Below, in pieces: positions 26,461-37,946 of a stretch of DNA of 64,000 bases. The stretch is taken from positions 183,272,001 through 183,336,000 of the forward strand of contig NW_027362763.1 of NCBI RefSeq assembly GCF_046119375.1. Direction: 5' to 3'. The translations under genes were made by a program, and so were the position numbers. How positions within the stretch are numbered: position 1 is the stretch's first letter; the number at the start of each line of letters is the position of its first letter. Under the pieces are notes generated by a model. It was not told the DNA's origin. It saw nothing but the letters and a program-made list of their open reading frames with translations, and searched no databases. The stretch comes from Phyllobates terribilis. Taxonomy: Eukaryota.

Positions 26461-26812
26461 GCAGGCCAGAACCGCCGGAGCGGTAAGCAAAGGAGTCAGA
26501 GCAGGCTAGAACCGCCGGAGCGGTGAGCAAAGGAGTCAGAGCAGGCTAGAACCGCCGGAGTGGTGAGCAAAGGAGTCAGAGCAGGCTAGAACCGCCGGAG
26601 CGGTGAGCAAAGGAGTAAGAGCAGGCTAGAACCGCCGGAGCGGTGAGCAAAGGAGTCAGAGCAGGCTAGAACCGCCGGAGCGGTAAGCAAAGGAGTCAGA
26701 GCAGGCTAGAACCGCAGGAGCGGTAAGCAAAGGAGTCAGAGCAGGCTAGAACTGCCGGAGCGGTGAGCAAAGGAGTCAGAGCAGGCTAGAACCGCCGGAG
26801 CGGTGAGCAAGG
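26461..26812. repeat. 40-bp minisatellite in the 3' LTR (9 units)
   Basis: Unit GCAGGCTAGAACCGCCGGAGCGGTGAGCAAAGGAGTCAGA. Confidence 0.95.
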
Positions 26813-27632
26813 CAGAGAAGGGGGGACTGGGCTCTGTTCACACGGAACAGACAGGAAGAGAAAGGCAGAGCCAGATACCCACAGGGTACTTGCAGTGAAG
26901 TAACGAGTGGACCACAAACTCACAAATGGGAGTACAGAGACAACAAGCAGGAGTTAGGTACAAGTTCAGACTCTGCAGAAAAAGGAAAGGAACGGACATA
27001 GAGGCAAAACAGGTAAAGGATAGGAGAGAGTTCAGACTGGAACTGAGTGTACGGAGGAGACCGACACTGCAGCGGGATACAGGAGCGGGTCTGGGAATAC
27101 GGGCCCCAGAGAGGCGGGACGAACAGGCAAGGAGCGAGTTCAGACAGGACAGACAAGATACAGGAGCGGGTCTAGGTAATCGGCCCCTAGAAGGCGGGAG
27201 GAACAGGCTAGGAGCGTGTTCAGACAGGACAGACAAGATACAGGAGCGGGTCTAGGTAATCAGCCCCTAGAAGGCAGGAGGAACAGGCTAGGAGCGTGTT
27301 CAGACAGGCCTGGAAATACAGCCTCCAGGATAGGCAGACAAGAGAACACAGAACGGGACCTGGCACCTTCAGAGTGCGAGCACACACTGAAAGAAACACT
27401 ATGCTCAGGCAGGGATTGATTGGAGCAGCTGAGCTATATAGCAGGTGACAGACAGCAATAGGCTGAGGACGCACAAGGGGTGTGACCCACAGCAGGTACA
27501 AAAAGCAGGAAGTGATCGGGCGCCGCCCTTTAGCAGCAGAAACAGACACAAACAGACAGCATGGAGGGAAGCCAGAGAGACATTCTGGACAGGAGATCAA
27601 GTGCGCGCTCTTGCACAGTGGGAGATGGACCA

Positions 27633-29692
27633 CTATGCAAGGACGCCGCCAGGTATGTTACAGTAACCCCCCCCCTTACGCCCCCTCTTCTTCAGGCCTG
27701 CCAGAATCTTCCGCAGGGAATTCGAGGGCCAATTCTTCACTTCGAAGAGATCACTTCCACTGTCCACCGGAAAAACTGGTCTCCTCTGGGTAGCTAGGAT
27801 GCTACCTCCCATCCAGCCACCCTTAGCAACAGACGAAACGGGTGGAGTACCAGGAACAGCACACAAGGAAGTCTCTCTCCACATATTTTCAGCTGGCACC
27901 CCAGAGGGTACAGGAGACAACTGGAAGTCCTCCACCGGGTTGGAGGGGGACAGAGACTTGGGGGTAATCTCTGCTTCGAGGTACATCTTGTCAAACTCAC
28001 AGGAAGAAATAGACGGGTTATCAGGTACATAATGAGGAAAAGTCACTGTCTCTTTGTTATCTGGTGGTACCCCGGAGGATTCAGGAAACAACTGGAGGTC
28101 CTCCGCCGGGTCAGAAGAGTGCAGAGGCTCAGAGAAAACATCTGCTTCAGAGTACACTAGGTCGGACTCACTGGACAAAGCAGGCGAGGTATCGGGTACC
28201 GAGTATAGGAAAGTCTCTGTCCATTCACCACCAGGTGGCACCCCGAAGGGTTCTGGAGACAACTGGCGGTCCTCCGCCTGGTCAGAGGGGTGTAGAGACT
28301 CACGGGTAACCTCTGCTTCAGAGTACACTAGGTCGGACTCACTTGACGAAGCAAGCGAGGTATCAGATCCAGGATATAGGAAAGTCTCTGTCCATTCACC
28401 ACCAGGTGGCACCCCGAAGGGTTCTGGAGACAACTGGAGGTCCTCCGCCTGGTCAGAGGGGTGTAGAGACTCATGGGTAACCTCTGCTTCAGAGTACACT
28501 AGGTTGGACTCAGTGGACGAAGCGAGCGAGATATCAGGTACAGAGTATAGGAGAGTCTCTGTCCTTTCACCACCAGGTGGCAGCCCGAAGGGTTCTGGAG
28601 ACAACTGGCGGTCCTCTGCCTGGTCAGAGGGGTGTAGAGACTCACGGGTAACCTCTGCTTCAGAGTACACTAGGATGGACTCAGTGGACGAAGCGAGCGA
28701 GGTATCAGGTACAGAGTATAGGAGAGTCTCTGTTCTTTCGCTTCCAGGTAGCACCCCGAAGGGTTCTGGAGACAACTGGAGGTCCTCCGCCTGGTCGGAG
28801 GGGTGTAGAGACTCGGGAGTAACCTCTGCTTCGGAGTACCCATTGTCAGGCTCACAGGACGAAGCGGACAAAGTATCGAGTACCGGGTGTAGAGAAGTCT
28901 CTCTCCATTTGTCATCGAGTGGTATCCCGGAGGATTCAGGAGGCAACAGGGGGTCCTCCGCCAGGTAGTAGAGGTGCACAGACTCTGAGGTAACCACAGC
29001 TTTGGAGCATCCTTGGACATGCACACCGGTTAAAGTGGGTGAAGCATCTGATGCCGGGTGCAGGAAGTTCCCATGTGTGGAGTCTGGATGGGCAGAAGTC
29101 TCTTCGGGCAGGAGAACTGGTGCATTACCCGTTGGGGCTTCTCCGGGATACAGGGAGATGAAGCTTCAGTAGGGACTTCAAGGTTGGGGTCAGGAGGTCT
29201 CAGGGAGGACAGACCCTGGCGTGACGGCTTGCCTCTACGTCTAGCACGTCTGGACTGCCTCTTGAGGTTGGGAGAAGTATTCCGGAAAGCGTAGTCACCC
29301 TGAGAGGATTCTGGGTGGGCAGTAGTCTCATTAGGCTGGAGGACTATTGCGCTACCCACACATATTACCCATTGGGGCTGCTCCGGGATATTGGGAAGTG
29401 AAGCTTCAGCAGGAGCCTCCGGGTTAGGATCATCGAAGACCATTAGAAAGGCCACCAGGAAGGCCATTAGGTCCAGAAGGATCGGATCCTGTGTTTCATA
29501 TAGGGGGTTGATCCATTCCAAGGCATCACCCGCCAGGTAAGACATAATGAATGCCACCTTAACCCGATCGGTGGGAAAACATAGAGGGTAGAACTTGAAG
29601 TGTAGCAAGCATTGCTCCACAAATGCACGACTTTGTCTTGAATCCCCATAATAACGTAGCGGATCCGCAGGAACGAGAGCAGATAGATCCAT
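27633..29692 (-). pseudogene. Gag capsid-like (PEG10/RTL/LDOC1-type) ORF plus acidic Pro/Ser/Glu repeat domain, one frameshift near 29125
   Basis: PLRYYGDSRQSRAFVEQCLLHF...FPTDRVKVAFIMSYLAGDALEWINPL...FDDP is a sushi-type gag. The frame of 27633-29024 is open upstream to NAPVLLPEETSAHP, where a 13-nt deletion relative to the sister repeat explains the shift. Confidence 0.8.
27790..29010 (-). repeat. 171-bp (57-aa) coding tandem repeat, about 6-7 units
   Basis: CTGCTTC anchor at 27971, 28142, 28313, 28484, 28655 and 28826, an exact 171-bp period. Confidence 0.95.
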
Positions 29693-30679
29693 CTGGACGG
29701 GTGCGTAATTCGCCTGGAACTCAGCTAAAGGGAAAAAAAAAATTATTTATTTATTTTAATGCATGTATTCGCTGGAAAACTTCTCAGAGAGCGAAGGCCG
29801 TGGGGCTCAACGGGAACCATGGCCTGAGCATGCTGTAATGCACACGCCCGGGCTGAGCGGCGTGTGCGTGTGATTCCACTGGACCGTGCCGGAGAGTGAA
29901 TGCCTGGAGGTGCGTAACTAGGTATTCACCCGATCCGACCAGGGTCGCACGACGGCATACGACGCCAGTGCACCAAGGAGGAACCGAGCAGAGGGACCAG
30001 GTGCTACTCCAGGACAGACCCCGGACACGGCTGTTGACCCACACAGGGGAATACAGGAACAGACTGGTTAGGCTGGCGCACAGACTGGTGGGTATAGGCA
30101 GGCACGACTGGTATGCAGGCAGGCGGGTATGCAGGCAGGGGGGTACAGGCAAGCACAGCTAGAGTGCAGACAGGGAGGCACTAGCAGGTAGGAACACAGG
30201 CGGGATAGGACCCAGTACACACTGGGACTCAGGAACAATACAGGCAGAGGGGTACAGGCGAGCACAGCTAGAGTACAGAAAGGAAAGCACTAGCAGGTAG
30301 GGACACTGGCGGGATAGGACCCAGTACACACTGGCACTCAGGAACAGAACCACAGATGTGGCGGACAAACACAGCAGAGTGAGGCCGCCCAGAGAGATGA
30401 GCGAGAACAGGGCAGGACAAGACCGCCTGGAGCGGTGAGCAAGAGCAGAGCAGGACAAGGCCGCCAGGAGCGGTGAGCAAAGGGTCAGAGCTGAGCGAGA
30501 CTGCCGGAGCAGTGAACAAGAGTAAAGCAGGACGAGGCCGCCTGGAGCGGTGAGCAAGAGTGGAGCAAGACTGCCGGAGCAGTGAGCAAAAGGATAAGAG
30601 CGGAGCGAGACTGCCGGAGCAGTGAGCAAAAGGGTCAGAGCGGAGCAAGGCTGCCGGAGCAACGAACAAAAGGGTCAGA

Positions 30680-31071
30680 GCAGGCCAGAACCGCTGGAGC
30701 GGTAAGCAAAGGAGTCAGAGCAGGCTAGAACCGCCAGAGCGGTGAGCAAAGGAGTCAGAGCAGGCTAGAACCGCCGGAGCGGTGAGCAAAGGAGTCAGAG
30801 CAGGCTAGAACCGCCGGAGCGGTGAGCAAAGGAGTAAGAGCAGGCTAGAACCGCCGGAGCGGTGAGCAAAGGAGTCAGAGCAGGCTAGAACCGCCGGAGC
30901 GGTAAGCAAAGGAGTCAGAGCAGGCTAGAACCGCCAGAGCGGTAAGCAAAGGAGTCAGAGCAGGCTAGAACCGCCGGAGCGGTAAGCAAAGGAGTCAGAG
31001 CAGGCTAGAACCGCCGGAGCGGTGAGCAAAGGAGTCAGAGCAGGCTAGGACCGCCGGAGCGGTGAGCAAGG
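30680..31071. repeat. 40-bp minisatellite in the 5' LTR (10 units)
   Basis: Same unit; the one extra copy accounts for the 40-bp length difference between the LTRs. Confidence 0.95.
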
Positions 31072-32283
31072 CAGAGAAGGGGGGACTGGGCTCTGTTCAC
31101 ATGGAACAGACAGGAAGAGAAAGGCAGAGCCAGATACCCACAGGGTACTTGCAGTGAAGTAACGAGTGGACCACAAACTCACAAATGGGAGTACAGAGAC
31201 AACAAGCAGGAGTTAGGTACAAGTTCAGACTCTGCAGAAAAAGGAAAGGAACGGACATAGAGGCAAAACAGGTAAAGGATAGGAGAGAGTTCAGACTGGA
31301 ACTGAGTGTACGGAGGAGACCGACACTGCAGCGGGATACAGGAGCGGGTCTGGGAATACGGCCCCCAGAGAGGCGGGACGAACAGGCAAGGAGCGAGTTC
31401 AGACAGGACAGACAAGATACAGGAGCGGGTCTAGGTAATCGGCCCCTAGAAGGCGGGAGGAACAGGCTAGGAGCGTGTTCAGACAGGACAGACAAGATAC
31501 AGGAGCGGGTCTAGGTAATCAGCCCCTAGAAGGCAGGAGGAACAGGCTAGAAGCGTGTTCAGACAGGCCTGGAAATACAGCCTCCAGGATAGGCAGACAA
31601 GAGAACACAGAACGGGACCTGGCACCTTCAGAGTGCGAGCACACACTGAAAGAAACACTATGCTCAGGCAGGGATTGATTGGAGCAGCTGAGCTATATAG
31701 CAGGTGACAGACAGCAATAGGCTGAGGACGCACAAGGGGTGTGACCCACAGCAGGTACAAAAAGCAGGAAGTGATCGGGCGCCGCCCTTTAGCAGCAGAA
31801 ACAGACACAAACAGACAGCATGGAGGGAAGCCAGAGAGACATTCTGGACAGGAGATCAAGTGCGCGCTCTTGCACAGTGGGAGATGGACCACTATGCAAG
31901 GACGCCGCCAGGTATGTTACAATGTGTATGGCAACTGGACCATAATATGGTACAAGACAAGACATTATACAGAGATGTACAAACAGAAAAAGAAAAATGG
32001 TGCTACAAACTATCTTACACATATAGCAACTTTATTAAATATAAGATATTATAAAAAATGTTGTTAAAAATAGAGTATCTCAATGGAGGGCTAACAACAA
32101 CCCCCCCTCAAGGCTTTAAACATTATATAGTTAGTATGCCCTCATATCTATTGAAGTACATTCCATAGTGGTGTACATATACATCATATAGAAGAGTATA
32201 GGATGAAAACTTACATAGTAATGATATGGAGCCTGTTAGGTATATAGCCCTGTGCCCCAACGCGCGTTTCACCCAGCTTCACG

Positions 32284-32318
32284 CCCCCTGATGAACCTTG
32301 GTGAAACGAGAGTTGGGG
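32284..32318 (+). ncRNA. Minimal type I hammerhead ribozyme motif (Penelope-like)
   Basis: CCCC-CTGATGA-ACC(TT)GGT-GAAAC(GAGA)GTT-GGGG: intact core, stems I/II/III, GUU cleavage triplet. Confidence 0.75.
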
Positions 32319-33789
32319 ACAGGAATACATCTCATGATATTTAGGTACATCTCTCTTATTCAGCCAAATACTTTTGCTTATATTGGTTGACCCAGACATC
32401 ATACATGTCTATTGTAGTATTTTATCTTCTATAGTCAATATAATAAGGGAATACAGTTATCCTGGGACCATTAGCTTCAACGACCGACAAAATATTCAAC
32501 AAACAACAAAGCAATAGATTGATTTACCACACATGACTGAGAAATGCTGCAATAATACTTCTCCAGGAATAGCACCGATGCCCCTGACACCGCTTATGTA
32601 TAGACGGGAAACCTCATAGAAACTACACAGTCAGAACAAATCAATTAGATGATGAAGCATGTCGTCCTCACTGACATCTCGTTCCTTCTAAGTAATTCAA
32701 GTGTTGATTTCTTGACAATCTGCAGAGCTCCTGCCCCCGTGCCGATAACCTCTCAAAATCGTTCCTTATTGATCACAACACGTACAGTAGATGAAAGCCA
32801 CTCGTATTCACAGGCTCACACCATTGGGGGAGGCCAGACCACATAAAATCGGATAGCTGCCTATTGTGATGGGTACGGTTCCTTGGCAGAACTATCTGGT
32901 ATATTTGTATCATGTGCATCTCACTGGAAAGATGTCCATAGATGCCGGATCCAATATAAATGCAGATCACAAAATGCTGCTTCAAGGAAATATGTATGCA
33001 GACATCACTTTACAGTCTTGTAAATCACAAATAAAAAGAGCAACAAAGTTTATGATATTTTGGATGGATATTATTGCCACTATGTGACATGTAGTCAGCT
33101 TTCACACTTGGTGACCATATAAATAATGTTCTTTAAGATGGCCCATTTTAGACTTCTCTGGTTTGTTTGTGAGTTTTGTGAAGGTGTTTGTCCGGTTTTC
33201 CTTTATAAAGAATTGTCTCCTCAATATTATTCAGCATTTTAAGGTAAAAGATCTTATTAGAAGTTGTGCAGTCTCGCTCAGGGCGTGATCAGTATCTGCA
33301 GAGGTCAATAGTAGTAAGGGAGAGAGGACTTGGATATGTTGGTGTATGATATAGACCATCACATATATATAAAGCCACAGTCAGTCAAATCCCAAGAAAC
33401 AGTTGCAGAAAAATAAAAAAAGAAAAACGTACTTTATTGCGTTTTCATGGTAAAATATCACATAGTAGGCAGATAAAAAATTGACACATTTTGATCGTCC
33501 AACAGTCTGAGTCGTAACTCGTCAACTTTCTACCGCCCCACTATGTGATATTTTAACATGAAGATGCATTAAAGAAAGTTTTCATTTTTTGCAAGATACA
33601 CGTCATTTTGTTTTTCTGCATCTGCCGAGGACACTAGACAAACATTGTGTGAGGCTTCCTATAAAGTTTTGGAGGTTTTTCAACAGCCGATAAATTAAAA
33701 TTGTGGATTACCCTAAAGCAACAAAGTACATTAGTCCCATTGCCGAGAGGCTCCACAATTAGCGATTTTCACATCAATTTGGGAAGATT

Positions 33790-34620
33790 GATAAACTACA
33801 TTAGATTCTGGATCATTGCTGAGGTGAGGCAGAGGAGACCAGGATGATTCTTTGTTCCTGTTAGATGGAGGCAGCAAGAGGGGTGATGCCTATTTTTTCT
33901 CTCAGCTCCAGGCCGTACCACTTGTTGGATGGCATGGCCTGGAGTCATGAGGACCCAGCCTCGTAGCATTGGTGTTGTGGGGCACCAGGTCACTTGCCCT
34001 GTTGGTGTGCTATCACCATGAAGGTGGTTGGCGCATGGCCCTGCATCTTTAAGGCTAGGGACCCACTTGGAGGTTCGCCATGATGTGGCAGTGGGCTTCA
34101 TACAGTCTGATCAGAATGTTAAACTAAGAACCTCTTGTTCAGATTTGTACATTTTTACTTAGCCGCCAATGCACAAGTTTTGGATATGCGGCCCATGTCT
34201 TTCCCTACGGTCATGATATGATGCTTTATTCCTGGTCTGGTTCTGCTCAGAAGACAGGGAACAAGACTTGAGTGAGTGGTGGAGATCCTGAAACAATTGC
34301 CTCTTGTGCAACTTCTGTGCTTTGGCCATATTTATAGAGTATTTACCCAGTGGCATAACCTAACGCTGGTGGGCAAAGTCTCCAACATGGCAGTGAATTG
34401 TTGTGGGTCTTTAATAGTAAAGATTTTGTCACATGAGCTAAAAGGGCTTTTCGGCCCCCTATGCTCCAGGTCCCCAGTGCATTTGCAACCCATGCACCTA
34501 TTATAGTTACACCCGTGTATATACCTCCCAGCATACCTAATTTAATAAGAGTGCTCAACACAGAACTTGATATAATCATACCTCACAATAGGACTTAGTA
34601 ATAAATGGACAAGGTCCATG
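33790..34620 (-). mobile_element. Possible highly degraded L1 ORF1 fragment
   Basis: Fragments such as DLEHRG and QLFQDL resemble L1 ORF1 motifs (DLENR, LFQDL). Heavily frameshifted and weak. Confidence 0.3.
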
Positions 34621-36799
34621 AGGTGGCCGTAACCTGAAGATTTCAGAGAAGAGGTTGAGCATTAAATGTATATGGACATGGGGATGTCCCAATTTCACCC
34701 AACTGCAAATGTTGAGTGAAAGAAGGCCGGACATGATGGATTTCAGGATGCCAGATCTTTACGTTCTCATGAGACCTAAGCTGGTAACTGTTTGGCAGTG
34801 GCTTTTTCACCCTCTCTTCATGGAGAACACTTACACTCTAGGCCAAACCGAGCATGTATATATATGAGGTTGTAAACAAGAGACAACTGTTCGGCCGACA
34901 GCTATCTAAGGTGTATGACCCCATGTTGAGACGTGGATCTGCCACATGGACAAGATAGGCTTTGGGTATAGTTATTACTATTTGGTAGACAGAGGTATGG
35001 TGTATGTAGATGTATTGTTATACACTGTAAATTACTGCACATATTATGCAGTATAATTGACCTACTATGTAATTAGTTCTTCTCATTAAGTGATCAGAAC
35101 CTATTACTGTAGGGGTAGCATCCATTGCTACCCTTAACATGTGATCAGACTTCACAATAGGTGATGGCTAGCAAAGCATGCTGGGACAGTAAATCCAACG
35201 CCATCTGCAGAGCCACAGGTCACCTACCTCTCCTGTGTTTGGTGGATTCCTGATATATCTTGTGCACTGTGCATTAAATGCACTCCGGTCCCCTTTCCAA
35301 GTGACAGCACTGTAGAGACAAAGCTCCATACACACGGGTTACAGAAATCTCTGTGCTCGCCTGTGTTTGCTCTGTAAGAGCCCACATTATTCTATGGTAT
35401 TATTATTGAATTATGCTAATGCCATCATCAAGCCTGGAAGAGTCCCAGCTAATGCACAAGGACGGCACTCGCCTACAAATTGGGAAAAGCCACTAGCTTG
35501 TTGACTGGGAAAACAGCCAATTAAAGGTCTGGAAAACACCCAACTAGGAAGGGATTCAAAGCGTTGATGAAGGAGTCACGCTTTCCAGTAAACTGAAGAT
35601 GCACCCAACTGTGGCGCTGAAGGAAAAGGGACTTGATGTGATTGAATCAACCGAGCAAGCCCAACTCCTAATCATGGGGAAAATCACTGAGATGCATAAA
35701 TATTAGCTCGCAATCCCCAGGTGTCATGTCAAGCCATTTAATGACCAGACCACAAACTGTTTGGTAAATGTCCTCGGGCTAGCTTATGCCCATCTGTTCT
35801 TCAACCCTAAACAGTAAGGAAATGGTTAGGAAACTTTGTATTTATATCAGCACATAATATTATTTATTCAGATAGTAAGGGGCTCATTCAGTGATTTTTT
35901 TTCATATGCAATAAAAAAAATATATTTTCATTATTGTTTTGAATCAGATTTTCATCAGTGTTTTGCTTGTGTGTTAGTTTTTACATCAGTGTTTCATCAG
36001 TTTTTTTTTTATTTTGCATAAGATTTTTCAAGCATCTCCCATCAAACATCTGAGGGCTCTCTAATTTTTTCATGGACCTATGGACTAGCATCAGCGAGTT
36101 TGATCTGTGACTCAGTGACATAAAAAATTGATGTCTGAATGAGGCCTAAAGCTGAATTTAGACCATTTTTATGGCTGAGCTCATAGTAGGGTTCTTACTA
36201 ATGTTAAACATGACATGGAGACCGGATCTACAAGAGGCCAATTAGTGAATATCTATCAACTCATTTATCCAATTTTGTTTGACCTTTAAATTGTCTCTAT
36301 GTTGACTAAGTTATTTCACGCTAAGTTTACAATCTATAAAAGATAAACATTTCTCTACAGGTTGTAGAGTCCTTTCTAGGTCTGCTCATGAAACTAACTT
36401 GAGTTTTCACACTATATCTTCTACTTCAGTTAGCATAATATCATATAAGACATCTCATCTGGCCATTGAAATTGATATATTGGCTAGATATCCATTGGAT
36501 ATTGTAATAGCCTGAATGTCACTCATCCTTCATGACTCCTGTGCCGATCTGCGTGTCTTCAGGTAGCAAGTGCACGCTACTATCATTTGCTTTCACTGTT
36601 CCTGTCCACAAGAGAAACTCAGTTCTGCTATCCCTGGGCTCTGCTAATTTCCTTAATGTGTGCTTCCAGTTACCCAGCACTGCTGTTCCTAGGTGCTGTC
36701 CACACACTTGGATCTGCTATACCAAAGTACCTATTTGCCTAAATGGATCTACCGTTCAAAGGCACTCAGCTTTGCTATATTAGGGTGCCTGTCTGCCAA

Positions 36800-37946
36800 T
36801 GACGCGCCCAGGGGATGGGGAGGAATCGGCGACCGGGCCTTGTTGTTGGTTTTGGGGGATGTCGCGGTAGTCGGCTCCTGGGCCCGTACCCTGGGCCTCT
36901 CTTTAAAAGGGTGGATAATTATATGAAAGTTTGTGACGCCACCTGTGGTGTCTGGTGAGGATCACCAGCGCTGCGGCAGCCCACTGAGGCCGGTGTTAAG
37001 GCAGCTTGGGTGGTATAGCTCCCCACAGGTGGAGCTAGGCCTCAGGGCAGAGTGGATGTAGTTATGCAGGACAGGGGGGACCCAGCCGGGTCTGAAGAAG
37101 GATAGGCAAACACACAGTTCACTTCAGTACCTTTTACTGATGGATGTTCAGGCACATTCCGGAGCACTGTCGGGTGAAGGGTGCATATCAGGATTCTCCC
37201 CAGTGAGCGGGTATAGGGCCTCCTGTTTCTTGCCTTTGTGTAGTAAGTTTCTGACCTGCCTGGAGCTAGGCCTAACTTTGTCTCTGTCCTGCACCGGCTG
37301 ACTTTGTGGTAGGGCCTTCTCTTGGAGTACGCGCTCCCAGCTTGCGGGGCCTCCGTGACTCCTGGCTCTGGTACGTATCAGCTCTTGGGTGATCCTGGGA
37401 CCTGAAGTCTTCCAGGGGTCTCCGGTTGTCTCTACAGGGGGATATACGGCCCTGTAGACGCGGACCCAGTGTCCGCTATATGTTTTCTGGGGTGAGCTTG
37501 TACAGCTCCTCTGCCCCCAAAGCTACTCACTCCTCTAGCCTTCGGCCTCACTTGAGGTCTTCACTAGGCTATACACACTAGCGGCAGCTTGCCGCGCTTC
37601 ACCGCTCTTATGGCGTCGACAGCGCCTTGGGCTCACTAACCTGAGCTCTCTGAGTCTAGCTTGCAGGAGCCTCGTGCTCCACTGCTGAACTATTAGCTGT
37701 GTTCTCTAGACTAGACTGAGCTCCACTGCAGGCTGACCTCTCTCAGGCTTCTCTACTGCAGGAACTCTTCAGAGGAACTACTGACTGCCTAGCTCCACCT
37801 TCCCTATTTATATCCCTAATGGGCTCCCACTGGTGGTCTGAGGTGGAAGGTGGAGGTGTGTGTATGCTGTGGGGGCCTCTTGTGGAGAAATCCGTTCATG
37901 CACCCCTCTAGGATCTGTGGCACTCATGCGCAGCAGGGGCGCCACA
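36800..37946. mobile_element. Solo LTR, related to 12216-13240
   Basis: TGACGCGCCC...GGGGCGCCACA with 4-bp TSD CCAA; shares TGACGCCACCTGTGGT and AGCTC(C/T)CCACAGG blocks. Confidence 0.82.

Larger units (their letters stand above)
25615..31921 (-). mobile_element. Non-autonomous Ty3/Gypsy (Tf1/sushi-like) LTR retroelement: two LTRs, gag-like ORF, no pol
   Basis: LTRs 25615-27662 (2048 bp) and 29834-31921 (2088 bp), TG..CA ends, perfect 5-bp TSD ATGTG (25610-14, 31922-26). G-rich PPT next to the 3' LTR (plus strand 27663-27690). The 2.17-kb interior has no RT, RNase H or integrase motifs. Confidence 0.93.

Noticed and set aside
26461-26812. Regular 40-bp array resembling CRISPR
   Set aside because: There are no unique spacers, the DNA is eukaryotic and no cas genes are present. 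It is a minisatellite.
25592-27236. Many 65-170 aa Leu/Ser/Cys-rich ORFs in both LTRs
   Set aside because: They arise from tandem repeats and are duplicated in the second LTR; no protein motifs.
28054-28968. 304-aa plus-strand ORF
   Set aside because: It is the antisense shadow of the 171-bp coding repeat. A stop-free unit stays open when repeated, and there is no independent sign of a gene.
32400-33090. Possible LINE or Penelope coding remnant after the hammerhead
   Set aside because: Short ORFs only, with no diagnostic RT, GIY-YIG or zinc-knuckle motif.
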